NCBI GenBank assembly: GCA_031418395.1 | Contig: JANOXL010000242.1 | Coordinates: forward strand, 12 to 64,011 | Source of the DNA: Rhodoferax sp. | Lineage (GTDB): Bacteria > Pseudomonadota > Gammaproteobacteria > Burkholderiales > Burkholderiaceae_C | Reading direction: 5' to 3' | Length of the DNA: 64,000 bases | Shown: positions 9,690 to 20,661 of the stretch, piece after piece | How positions within the stretch are numbered: the first letter of the stretch is position 1 | How the letters are laid out: every line of letters starts with the position of its first letter | Translations under genes and position numbers: made by a program | The notes under the pieces: model-generated | What the model was told of the DNA's origin: nothing | What the model saw: only the letters and a program-made list of their open reading frames with translations | The model's database searches: none

Positions 9690-11012
9690 ATGAAAATTTC
9701 GGTGATTGGGGCTGGGTACGTTGGCTTGGTAACTGGTGCATGTCTTGCCGAGGTCGGCAATGACGTGACTTGTTTTGACACTGACAGCGCCAAAATCAGC
9801 GCATTGAAGAATGGTGAACTACCCATTTATGAGCCGGGTTTGCAGGAAATCGTGTTGAGAAACACAAAGGCTGGTCGCTTGCATTTCACTGACGACATTG
9901 AAAGCTCTACGCACTTCGGTACGGTGCAGTTCATCGCCGTCAACACACCGCCAGATGATGTCGGCGCGGCCGACCTGCGTCATGTCATGACGGCGGCAAG
10001 AAATATTGGCCAGTATATGAATGATTACAAAGTTGTAGTCAACAAAAGTACCGTTCCCGTTGGCACGGCAAACGCCGTCACCGCCACAATCAACGAGACC
10101 TTAGCCGCCCGTGGTGTCGAAATACCTTTCAACGTCGTTTCGAACCCGGAATTCCTGAAGGAAGGCGCTGCGATTGAAGATTTCATGCGGCCCAATCGCA
10201 TCATTCTGGGTTGTGACGACGAACAGGCCTCGCTCAATATGCGCGCCTTGTACGCACCGTTTCAACGCCATCATGACCGGGTGATCCTGATGGATGTCAA
10301 AAGCGCAGAGTTGACCAAATACGCTGCCAACGCCATGCTGGCAACCCGTATCAGTTTCATGAATGAACTTGCCAATTTGGCTGAAAAACTGGGTGCCGAC
10401 ATTGAAAACGTGCGTCGTGGCATTGGCAGCGACGCACGGATTGGTTACGACTTTCTTTACGCCGGCGCGGGATACGGTGGATCTTGTTTTCCCAAGGATG
10501 TCCGTGCACTGATTCACTTTGCCACGCAAGAGGCAGGCATTGACCTCAAGATTTTGGGTGCAGTCCAAGCCGCCAATACAGCGCAAAAACACGTGTTGGC
10601 CGAAAAAATCAAGTTGCGATTCGGGCCCAATCTGGCTGGCAAACATTTTGCGTTGTGGGGGCTTGCATTCAAAGCCAATACAGACGATATGCGAGAGGCC
10701 TCCAGCCTGACCTTGATTGATGACTTATTGCAAGCTGGTGCGACCGTGACGGCCTATGACCCCGTGGCAATGGAAAAAGCGACGGGGCTTCTGCGAGACA
10801 AAGTCGGCGTGACATTTGCGCAATCCCAAACAGCGGCGCTAGAAAACGCCACAGCGCTGGTGATTGTGACGGAATGGAAGGAATTCAGGAGTCCAAATTT
10901 TGACACCGTCATGTCCCAATTGAAGAGCCCGACGATCTTTGACGGACGCAACCTGTTTGATCCCAAGATGGTTCGAGGCCTGGGATTCGAATACTTCCCG
11001 ATTGGACGATAA
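9690..11012 (+). CDS. ugd: UDP-glucose 6-dehydrogenase
   Basis: [13 protein letters not shown] Rossmann start. Catalytic [10 protein letters not shown]. 440 aa. Confidence 0.93.
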   Translation: MKISVIGAGYVGLVTGACLAEVGNDVTCFDTDSAKISALKNGELPIYEPGLQEIVLRNTKAGRLHFTDDIESSTHFGTVQFIAVNTPPDDVGAADLRHVMTAARNIGQYMNDYKVVVNKSTVPVGTANAVTATINETLAARGVEIPFNVVSNPEFLKEGAAIEDFMRPNRIILGCDDEQASLNMRALYAPFQRHHDRVILMDVKSAELTKYAANAMLATRISFMNELANLAEKLGADIENVRRGIGSDARIGYDFLYAGAGYGGSCFPKDVRALIHFATQEAGIDLKILGAVQAANTAQKHVLAEKIKLRFGPNLAGKHFALWGLAFKANTDDMREASSLTLIDDLLQAGATVTAYDPVAMEKATGLLRDKVGVTFAQSQTAALENATALVIVTEWKEFRSPNFDTVMSQLKSPTIFDGRNLFDPKMVRGLGFEYFPIGR

Positions 11013-11087
11013 CCCCGAAAAATAACCCCGCTTAGCGCTAACGGATCGGCATCACTCCATGCCTTGGCAGGCCACCTGCAAACAGGG

Positions 11088-11957
11088 CTAGGCAGCAACC
11101 TCAGCAACAGGGGTCATCGACAGCCCCGCCTGCTCGCGCCCCAGCTCCTTGCGGTATTTGTTCAAATCCTGCACGGTGCTGAACTCCCGCTCCAACAGCA
11201 GACTCAGGTTGTGCAGGATGCGGTCGACCACCTTGGTTTCCCACAACACGTCAAACTTGATCTGGCCATCGAGCCAGTGCTCCAGCCATTCAGGGTCTGG
11301 CAGGCGACTTTGGACGGTGTCACGCGGAAACAAGGCTTTGTTCACATGCAAGTTGGTCGGGTGCAGGGCCTGCGCCGTGCGCCGTGCGCTGGCCATCAAC
11401 ACGCCGACTTTGGCAAAGGCCATCTTGGCCTCAATGCCGTGCAGTCCGATAGCGCGACGCATGTATTTCAGGTAACAACCACCATGGCGGGCTTCGTCCT
11501 GAGACAAGGTGGTGTAAATCTGCTTGATGACAGGCTCAGTGTGCCACTGGCTGGCGCGACGGTACCAATGGTTGAGGCGGATTTCTCCGCAGAAATGCAT
11601 CATCAGGGTTTCCAGCGGTGGCGCGGGGTCAAACTCAAAACGCACTTCATGCAGCTCGGCCTCGGTGGGCACCAGGTCTGGGCGGAATTTTTTGAGGTAT
11701 TCCATCAACACCAGCGAATGTTTTTGCTCCTCAAAAAACCAGACTGACATGAAGGCGCAAAAATCGCTGTCGTGCCGGTTGTCGCGCAGAAACATCTCGG
11801 TCGCCGGAAGCGCCGCCCACTCCGTGATGGCGTTGAGTTTGATGGTCTGGGCATGCTCCTCGGTCAGCAAGGACGCGTCAAAACTCTCCCAAGGAATATC
11901 CTTGGTCATGTCCCAACGGACAGCTTCGAGTTGTTTGAACAGTTCCGGGTAGAGCAC
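11088..11957 (-). CDS. Ferritin-like diiron-carboxylate protein (acyl-ACP-desaturase-like)
   Basis: Two E-x-x-H ligand motifs in helices (FFEEQKH and SQDEARH). 289 aa soluble protein. Confidence 0.6.
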   Translation of the reverse strand: MLYPELFKQLEAVRWDMTKDIPWESFDASLLTEEHAQTIKLNAITEWAALPATEMFLRDNRHDSDFCAFMSVWFFEEQKHSLVLMEYLKKFRPDLVPTEAELHEVRFEFDPAPPLETLMMHFCGEIRLNHWYRRASQWHTEPVIKQIYTTLSQDEARHGGCYLKYMRRAIGLHGIEAKMAFAKVGVLMASARRTAQALHPTNLHVNKALFPRDTVQSRLPDPEWLEHWLDGQIKFDVLWETKVVDRILHNLSLLLEREFSTVQDLNKYRKELGREQAGLSMTPVAEVAA

Positions 11958-12063
11958 AAAAGTTCCTGTTTGGTCGAAACCATTCTAGGGGGCAGATGTA
12001 TCAACGGCGCTTACAAATGGATGGGGTTTCACCCCCAGTTAGAGACTACGATGGCCAAATAGT

Positions 12064-14202
<2,139 letters not shown>

Positions 14203-14233
14203 GTTCAGAATATTTTGTATTGGCACCCCATTA

Positions 14234-14278
14234 GGTCTCGTAATATATTAATATATAGCTACTAATTTTAAGTAAAAT
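14234..14278 (+). repeat. AT-rich GGTCTCGTA-type intergenic repeat, copy A
   Basis: GGTCTCGTAatatattaatatATAGCTActaatttt. Lies between the purB stop and the yaeQ start. Confidence 0.75.
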
Positions 14279-14299
14279 TTGATTAATAAATATAAATAA

Positions 14300-14860
14300 A
14301 TGGCTTTAAAATCTACTATTTTTAAAGCCAATTTGCAGATTGCCGACATCGACAACGGGTATTACGCCGACCACGCGCTCACGCTGGCGCGACACCCGAG
14401 CGAGACCGACGAACGCATGATGGTGCGGCTGGTGGCGCTGGCTTTGCAGGCGCACAAGCTGCAATCTGTCTGTGCGGGCGACGGCGTCTTGGCCTTTGGC
14501 GCGGGCCTCTCCAGCCCGGATGAACCCGATGTGTCGCTGACCGACTTCACAGGCCTCAAACGCCTGTGGATCGAAGTCGGCCAGCCCGAAGACAAGCCGC
14601 TTTTGAAGGCCTGCGGCAAGGCTGACGTGGTGCTGCTGTATTGCTTCAGCGCCGCCGCCGAGGTCTGGTGGAAAAGCATGGAAAACAAGCTCTCTCGACC
14701 GCAAAATTTGAATGTCTGGCGTGTACCCGCTGCGCAGTCGCAGGCGCTGATTCCGATGGCAGCGCGCAGCATGCAGTTGCAGGCGACGATTCAGGAAGGC
14801 ACGCTCATGCTGGGTGATGGCACGCGCAACGTCGATATTGAGCCGTTGCGCTGGAAGTAA
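14300..14860 (+). CDS. yaeQ: YaeQ-family protein
   Basis: MALKSTIFKANLQIADIDNGYYADHALTLARHPSETDERMMVRL matches the conserved YaeQ N-terminus. Confidence 0.85.
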   Translation: MALKSTIFKANLQIADIDNGYYADHALTLARHPSETDERMMVRLVALALQAHKLQSVCAGDGVLAFGAGLSSPDEPDVSLTDFTGLKRLWIEVGQPEDKPLLKACGKADVVLLYCFSAAAEVWWKSMENKLSRPQNLNVWRVPAAQSQALIPMAARSMQLQATIQEGTLMLGDGTRNVDIEPLRWK

Positions 14861-15069
14861 AGCAGCTGGGAGTCTGAGCGACAGCGAAAGACGATAGCGC
14901 AGGGCGAAAGCGCAAGGCGCCGCTCAAAAACAGATCCTCAGTTTAAGGCCAATGCCGAGCCCATCTGGCCAAAGTCTCCGCAAGGCGTCATCACAACTAT
15001 TAACATGGAAGTTAATAGTTGTGGCGAAATAAGCTTCCGCCGAGCACTTAAGACAAAAATCGGCACTCA

Positions 15070-15112
15070 GGTCTCGTATTATATGGATATATTGCTATTA
15101 TATTTATAGCGT
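15070..15112 (+). repeat. AT-rich GGTCTCGTA-type intergenic repeat, copy B
   Basis: GGTCTCGTAttatatggatatATTGCTAttatatttATAGC. Lies in the convergent gap between yaeQ and the DUF1289 gene. Confidence 0.8.
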
Positions 15113-15129
15113 TACAAACCGCGCCTGGC

Positions 15130-15561
15130 TCAGCCCGAGGCCAGGTTTTGAGCCACACGCTCCGCCGCCCGTTCCGCATATTTGTTGAAGCGCCAGGCTG
15201 TGCCATCCATTGTGATACGTCGCCAGGTTTGGCGTTTTTCAGCTGGGCGCATGGCCGTCCAGTGCTGGACTTCTTCAAAACTGCGGCCGCAGCCCTTGCA
15301 GGTGGCATCGCCCTGGCTGGTCGAACAAATCGCAATACAGGGGGTATCGGGCGTGGTCTCGTACCAGGCCAGCCAGGCTGACAGCGCCGTTTTGGGAAAG
15401 GAAAACTCGTCCGCCTCAGTCTCGTGCAAAAACACCATGGTGGCGTAGACTTCGGCGAGCGCGCGCGTTTCGGGCGCGAGTGAAAAACCGTCGGGGGACG
15501 GTTTTTTGTCGCGCCAATAATTGATAGCCGACTCGATGTCAACGATGTGAATGCCAGCCAT
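15130..15561 (-). CDS. DUF3717/DUF1289-type small Cys-cluster protein
   Basis: MAGIHIVDIESAINYWR N-terminal module followed by CIAICSTSQGDATCKGCGRSFEEV (DUF1289-like Cys motif). Start trimmed to MAGIH. Confidence 0.6.
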   Translation of the reverse strand: MAGIHIVDIESAINYWRDKKPSPDGFSLAPETRALAEVYATMVFLHETEADEFSFPKTALSAWLAWYETTPDTPCIAICSTSQGDATCKGCGRSFEEVQHWTAMRPAEKRQTWRRITMDGTAWRFNKYAERAAERVAQNLASG

Positions 15562-15693
15562 GCGTGAGTTGTACGAAGGACGGGCATCATAACGCGCCGG
15601 GCTTTGGGCAGGCCTCAACCAACTTGCAGCCACCAATATCCCTACAGAACCTAGGTTTTTGTGTTTTAAAGGGCTTGTGCTGTAATTCTTTCA

Positions 15694-15854
15694 CGAAGGG
15701 GAGTAGCTCCCTCTTCTTGCTGCACAGGGAGGCATCCAAAAAGGGTGTCGTGGCGAGAAGTATCAACAGGTCGTCATTACGAAGCAACACAACTAGTAGT
15801 GCTTCCGGTCTGTTGGGCACATATCGCATGACTTCATGTCGAGCCAGACCTTCG
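15694..15854 (+). promoter_or_regulatory. yybP-ykoY (Mn2+) riboswitch aptamer
   Basis: 5' CGAAGGGGAGUAGC and 3' GCCAGACCUUCG close a P1 helix. Both carry the hallmark conserved GGGGAGUAG and AGACCUU segments. An internal GGCACAUAU resembles the conserved UUGACAUA. Located in the 5' leader of a TerC-family gene. Confidence 0.7.
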
Positions 15855-15890
15855 ATTGGAGCCCGTATTGGGCCCAGTCGAGGTGTTTTT
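15848..15890 (+). terminator. Riboswitch expression-platform intrinsic terminator
   Basis: ACCUUCGA ... UCGAGGU stem followed by GUUUUU. The 5' arm overlaps the 3' strand of the riboswitch P1, so the two structures are mutually exclusive. Confidence 0.55.
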
Positions 15891-15982
15891 GGCGGCGCTC
15901 AACCACAGGGTTGCGTTGCATCAAAATTCCCTAGACCGGGTTTTCAGCGGGTTGTACGTCGATACAACTAGGAGGCCTCGTC

Positions 15983-16672
15983 ATGGAATTTTTATCTGCA
16001 CCCTGGTGGACAGCACTGCTAGCCATCATTCTCATTGATCTTGTACTCGCTGGCGACAACGCCATCGTCATCGCGCTGGCGGCGCGCAATCTACCAGACA
16101 AATTAAAGAAAAAAGCGATCATCTGGGGCACCGTGGGTGCCATCGTCGTTCGCGCTGTGATGACACTGGGTGTCGTTTGGCTCCTCAAAATCCCCGGCTT
16201 GATGCTGGTCGGCGGCCTTGGCCTGGTTTGGATTGCTTACAAACTACTCGCTGACGAGGGTGGCGAGACGGAACACGGCCCGGTGCAAACCACCTTCTGG
16301 GGCGCGATGAAAACCATTGTGGTGGCCGACGCCCTCATGGGTGTGGACAACGTGCTGGGTGTCGCCGGCGCCGCCAATGGCTCGATGGATCTGGTCATCA
16401 TTGGCCTCTTGATCAGCGTGCCAATCGTGGTGTACGGCAGTTCTATAGTCTTGAAGCTGGTCGAGCGCTTCCCCGTCATCATCCTAATCGGCGCTGCTGT
16501 GTTGGCATTCCCTGCGGCCAAGATGATCGTCAACGAGCCCCTGCTCGACGCGGTGTTTGACCCGCCGGAGCTTTTGAATACCGTCGCCCGGTGGACGACC
16601 TATGCCGTCGCAGTCGCAGGCGTGTTGGCGGCGGGCCGCTGGGCCACCTCCAAACCGTCAAGTATGGCTTAG
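15983..16672 (+). CDS. TerC-family integral membrane protein (putative Mn/metal exporter)
   Basis: LAGDNAIVIALAAR and a second DNVLGV repeat unit. 229 aa polytopic protein. Confidence 0.85.
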   Translation: MEFLSAPWWTALLAIILIDLVLAGDNAIVIALAARNLPDKLKKKAIIWGTVGAIVVRAVMTLGVVWLLKIPGLMLVGGLGLVWIAYKLLADEGGETEHGPVQTTFWGAMKTIVVADALMGVDNVLGVAGAANGSMDLVIIGLLISVPIVVYGSSIVLKLVERFPVIILIGAAVLAFPAAKMIVNEPLLDAVFDPPELLNTVARWTTYAVAVAGVLAAGRWATSKPSSMA

Positions 16673-16790
16673 TACCCGGTGTGGATCGGTTGGCGTCAAA
16701 CTCATGCCGATCCACGCTGATTCACAAGCCCCCCACAAGTTTTTTCTGGTCCCGTTCCTAAAATCTCACTTAACTTCAAAGGAAATCATC

Positions 16791-17249
16791 ATGGACAAAA
16801 TCATTGTTTACATCAACGACGCCGCTTCCGCTTTGGAAAAAATGGCGCCCATGAACAGTCAAACCGAACCGGGTGGAGCGTCTACCCAGTGGATTTTGGT
16901 CGCCTGCCCACCTCGCTTGACCCGTCATGCCAGCAAATGGCTGACTTTCAAGGCGCGCGAAAGTTGGCGCGCCCATTGGTGCACTGAGCTGTTCGCCAAA
17001 GTGACGCCTTCGCTCAAGGTCGGTGGCAATTCTGTGCAGACAATAGTTGCCCAAACACCCCTGGTGGAGATGACGGCGAGCCTTTTGCGTCAACACGGCC
17101 CGGCCCGTGTGATGGACGCGCGCCTGGCCTTGGTGGGGCAGGACTTGGCACCGGTTACGGCGAACCAGCCTGTGGCCAAAGGCAGCCGCTGGACGGTTCC
17201 TGGCGCCCTGGTAGGCTTGGGCACCGTGATGGCGCTGGCCAGCGAATAA
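16791..17249 (+). CDS. Hypothetical protein
   Basis: ATG at 16791 preceded by AAAGGAAA. 152 aa, no recognisable motif, hydrophobic C-terminal tail. Confidence 0.5.
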   Translation: MDKIIVYINDAASALEKMAPMNSQTEPGGASTQWILVACPPRLTRHASKWLTFKARESWRAHWCTELFAKVTPSLKVGGNSVQTIVAQTPLVEMTASLLRQHGPARVMDARLALVGQDLAPVTANQPVAKGSRWTVPGALVGLGTVMALASE

Positions 17250-17307
17250 CAGTGGAATAAGGGCAGTTTGAGGATCAGCGCCACGGTCGCGGCGATAATC
17301 TGCGCCC

Positions 17308-17661
17308 ATGAAACTCATTCTCAAATGGTTGTTAAGCGCCTGCGCCCTGCTGGCAGTTGCCCACTTTTACAGTGGCGTGGAGGTCAAAACTTTCACCGCC
17401 GCGTTGATTGCGGCCTTTGTCATCGCGCTGTTCAACACGTTTTTGCGCCCGCTGCTGATTGTGTTGACCCTGCCGGTGACAGTGGTGACCCTGGGCTTGT
17501 TTATGTTTGTGATCAACGCCCTCATGTTTTGGGCCGCCGCTGGCGTGCTCGACGGCTTTCATGTCAAGGGTTTCGCAGCGGCCCTGGTGGGTTCGCTGCT
17601 CTATTCCCTGGCGGGCATGCTCATTGAGTCAGCGCTCGAGCGCCTGTTCGCGAAGAAGTAG
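17308..17661 (+). CDS. DUF360 / phage-holin-family-4-like membrane protein
   Basis: 117 aa, four TM segments. NTFLRPLLIVLTLPVTVVTLGLFMFVINALMFW is typical of PF04020-type proteins. Confidence 0.75.
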   Translation: MKLILKWLLSACALLAVAHFYSGVEVKTFTAALIAAFVIALFNTFLRPLLIVLTLPVTVVTLGLFMFVINALMFWAAAGVLDGFHVKGFAAALVGSLLYSLAGMLIESALERLFAKK

Positions 17662-19221
17662 CGCCACCTGGCGCGCCCGGCTGTCGATGATGGAAGCCTC
17701 AATGTGATCTGCCACGCCCTGGCGCGCAAGTTCGCGCGCCACTTCCTGGGCCGCCTTGAACCGATCTGTTGCAGCGGCGTAGTCCAAGACAGCGACCTGG
17801 GCTTCCGCATCGGACCGGATAGCGCGTAATCGTTGGCCCAAGGCCGTCTGCGCAGCCGAGAGAAGTTGCCAGGCGTGGGCATCGCGCGGATGATTGGCCA
17901 CCCAAGTTTGCAATGTGTCGGCAGCGTCTTTGGGCCGGCCCGCGCGAAGTGCTATCGTTGCGCCCAGAATCAACTCCGGGCGCCCGGCTTTCGGGCCTTT
18001 CACCAGCGGACTTTTAAGTACAGCGTCATTCGCCGCTAGCGCTGCTGCTGCTTTTGAGCCATTGCCGTCGGTCAAGGCTATTTCTGCTGCAAGCAAGTAG
18101 GCGAGCCTCGCGGCAAACGCATCATTGGCGGTTAACGCCGTCAGTTTCGAGAGGTGCGGCGCACTGGCCGCGAAATCGCGTAATTTCATCGCGGCCAAGG
18201 CAGCGCCATACACAGTGCCGGTCTGGCGATAACGCATTTCAGGCGTGAGCACTGCGGCGGATGGCTCAGGGACACCCGCTGCCAGAGCCGCCCAGGCACG
18301 CAGGGCATCGACGCCAGAATTCGACAACACCTGCGCCCGCGCGCTGACCATGGCGTGCTCCAGGCTACCGATGGCCGAGACGACAGGCACATTGGCCGGC
18401 GGAATCCGCCCCTGCATGTCGGCGATGCGCTCCGTGGTGAGTGGATGGCTGCGCAAATAGGGAAACGCGGCGCTGTCGCTCAAACGACTGGATTGCTGCA
18501 ACTTCTCAAACATCGATACAAAACCGCGCCCGTCAAAGCCCGCCTGCGTCATGATGCCAAAACCCATCCGGTCGGCTTCGCGCTCCATATCGCGCGAAAA
18601 ATTGAGCTGTGATTGCTGCGCCGCCGCCTGACTGCCGACGATGAGCGCATTGGCGGCGTCGGCACTTTTGGACGCTGCCAGCACCCCCAAAATCATCGCG
18701 CCAATGGCCCATGGCGACTGCGCGTTTTGCTTCGAGATAATCCGCGAAATATGCCGCTGCGTGACGTGGCTGAGCTCATGGCCCAGCACCGAGGCCAGTT
18801 CATCCCGATTGCTCACCACCGCCATCAGGCCCAAATGCAGCCCAAAATAACCGCCCGGCAGTGCAAAGGCGTTGACCGAGCGGTCTTTGCCCAGCATGAT
18901 TTCAAAGGCAAAGCGCTCGTCGAGTTCAGGCGCCAAATCTCCGCGCAAGCGCGCCGCCGCCAACAGCGGCTGCCAGATCGCGTTGACATATTCCAGCAAG
19001 ATCGGGTCATCAATGTAGTCCGGGTCGCGGTAGATTTCCCGTGCGATCCGCTCGCCCATGCGCCGCTCGGCGCTGCTGGTCAGCTCACTGTTGTCGCCGA
19101 GATTGGGAAGCGATGAATTAGACGATTGTGCGTACGTATTTGATGATATTATAGTCAAAAATACTACAAATATAAAAGCAATACTAGCTCTAACTACGAG
19201 ACCTGAAAGCCAAGTATTCAT
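17629..19221 (-). CDS. M48-family periplasmic metalloprotease with C-terminal TPR region (BepA-like)
   Basis: Zinc motif HELSHV. The mature N-terminus LPNLGDNSELTSSAERRMGERI resembles BepA. Ala-rich TPR-like C-terminus. The signal peptide is encoded by repeat copy C. Confidence 0.85.
   Translation of the reverse strand: MNTWLSGLVVRASIAFIFVVFLTIISSNTYAQSSNSSLPNLGDNSELTSSAERRMGERIAREIYRDPDYIDDPILLEYVNAIWQPLLAAARLRGDLAPELDERFAFEIMLGKDRSVNAFALPGGYFGLHLGLMAVVSNRDELASVLGHELSHVTQRHISRIISKQNAQSPWAIGAMILGVLAASKSADAANALIVGSQAAAQQSQLNFSRDMEREADRMGFGIMTQAGFDGRGFVSMFEKLQQSSRLSDSAAFPYLRSHPLTTERIADMQGRIPPANVPVVSAIGSLEHAMVSARAQVLSNSGVDALRAWAALAAGVPEPSAAVLTPEMRYRQTGTVYGAALAAMKLRDFAASAPHLSKLTALTANDAFAARLAYLLAAEIALTDGNGSKAAAALAANDAVLKSPLVKGPKAGRPELILGATIALRAGRPKDAADTLQTWVANHPRDAHAWQLLSAAQTALGQRLRAIRSDAEAQVAVLDYAAATDRFKAAQEVARELARQGVADHIEASIIDSRARQVALLLREQALER
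19162..19203 (-). repeat. AT-rich GGTCTCGTA-type repeat, copy C (inside the 5' end of the M48 protease ORF)
   Basis: Minus strand reads GGTCTCGTAgttagagctagtATTGCTtttatatttGTAGTA. Near-identical 3' block to copies B and G. Confidence 0.75.
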
Positions 19222-19234
19222 TGAAATTGATTAA

Positions 19235-20008
19235 TTAGAAAGAATCCAATGGCATGAAGGTCTTGATTTCGGCGGTGACGGGATCCAAAAACACCGTCCA
19301 ATACGATTTACGCCCGAGCATGGGCAAGTAAACCATGCTTGGCCCGACGGCGCCAAACGGGGACAATACCTGGTCGATTTCTGCGGCACGATTTGGAAAC
19401 CGCGTCTTGAGCGCAGCGACGGGTGTGGCTTCTTTAAGCACATCGGGGATTGCCAATTCGTAAGGCTGCCAAAGGTCTGCACGGACCGGTAGCGCCAGGC
19501 CACGGAGCGCCGCAAGAGTCGCCTCTGCCTTTTCGTTTGAATCCTTAAACGGCCGAAGCGAGACAGTCGTCGGGCCAAACAGTGGCATGGCCTTGAGGCC
19601 GGGCGCGGCCTCTTTGAGAAGCTCGGAGGGAACGTCGATGGCGTGGGCCACACCAAAACGGGAATATTCAAACACCAAGTGAACCGGTCGTGCTGCAAAG
19701 ACTGTCCACATGCCGTAAGCCAATGCGCCCAGCTGCAAAGCCGCCACGACGATTAAATCAAAACGCAATTTATTCCTGCCTTTGCCCGGATTGAATATGG
19801 CCAATGTGATCAGAGGCCCCAAAATCACATCCACCGACACCAGCAAAACAAATAACTCGCGTCCACCCGAGATTTCGCGGTAGGGGTAGGGATACCAGAC
19901 AAAAAACACTAAGGTCGCTGCCATTGCTGCAACGAGCAGACTTAAGCCAAGATGGATGCCACTGGCCCGAACGCGCGTGGCCCAAAATGCAGATGAGGTC
20001 AATGCCAT
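19235..20008 (-). CDS. Membrane protein, tentatively TfpX/TfpZ-type type IV pilin accessory protein
   Basis: Four N-terminal TM segments plus an approximately 140-aa soluble domain. Family assignment is from memory of FimB/TfpZ-like architecture and the pilin-locus context. Confidence 0.45.
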   Translation of the reverse strand: MALTSSAFWATRVRASGIHLGLSLLVAAMAATLVFFVWYPYPYREISGGRELFVLLVSVDVILGPLITLAIFNPGKGRNKLRFDLIVVAALQLGALAYGMWTVFAARPVHLVFEYSRFGVAHAIDVPSELLKEAAPGLKAMPLFGPTTVSLRPFKDSNEKAEATLAALRGLALPVRADLWQPYELAIPDVLKEATPVAALKTRFPNRAAEIDQVLSPFGAVGPSMVYLPMLGRKSYWTVFLDPVTAEIKTFMPLDSF

Positions 20009-20112
20009 GGTCGTATGATGCAGGGGTTTTATTCGGGTTCAAAAACGATACCGTCAAGCGACGGTAAAGATTGTCACACTGCGCTGTATCAAATTCAATT
20101 TATAGACTTCAA

Positions 20113-20604
20113 ATGAGCGCCCTTACACATTTTGACGCACGAGGCCAAGCCCATATGGTGGACGTTGGTGCCAAAGCCAATACCCATCGGATTGCCATTG
20201 CGCTAGGGTACATTGCCATGCTGCCAGAAACACTGGCCATTATCGAATCTGGCAGCGCCAAAAAGGGCGATGTATTGGGCATTGCGCGTATCGCAGGCAT
20301 TCAAGCTGCCAAGAAGACCAGTGACTTAATTCCGCTTTGCCACCCGTTGGCGCTTACACGGGTCGCTATAGAATTTAAAGCAGCTCACAAAAACCTCACA
20401 GGAGACAACTCCATTATTTGCCAGGCAACAGTGGAAACCAATGGCCCCACGGGAGTGGAGATGGAGGCGCTAACCGCCGTCAGTGTTGCGTTGCTCACTA
20501 TTTACGACATGTGCAAAGCAGTGGATCGCGGAATGATGATTTCAAGCGTCAAACTCCTGGAGAAACACGGCGGCAAGTCAGGTTCTTTTGTGTCTGCGGC
20601 CTAA
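20113..20604 (+). CDS. moaC: Cyclic pyranopterin monophosphate synthase
   Basis: [29 protein letters not shown] and [24 protein letters not shown] are conserved MoaC blocks. Confidence 0.92.
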   Translation: MSALTHFDARGQAHMVDVGAKANTHRIAIALGYIAMLPETLAIIESGSAKKGDVLGIARIAGIQAAKKTSDLIPLCHPLALTRVAIEFKAAHKNLTGDNSIICQATVETNGPTGVEMEALTAVSVALLTIYDMCKAVDRGMMISSVKLLEKHGGKSGSFVSAA

Positions 20605-20661
20605 TGGCCGTCACAGTGTTTGACCGCGCACTTAAAACCCAAAAAACTTACCCTTTGCATA

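Noticed and set aside
15085-15100. Possible sigma-54 or sigma-70 promoter inside the repeats (ATTGCTAT resembles the -12 TTGCW element; TATAAT/TATGAT-like hexamers occur in the spacers).
   Set aside because: GG-to-GC spacing is 7 nt in copies B and G rather than the required 10 nt. The -10-like hexamers occupy different positions in different copies, and -35 matches are inconsistent.
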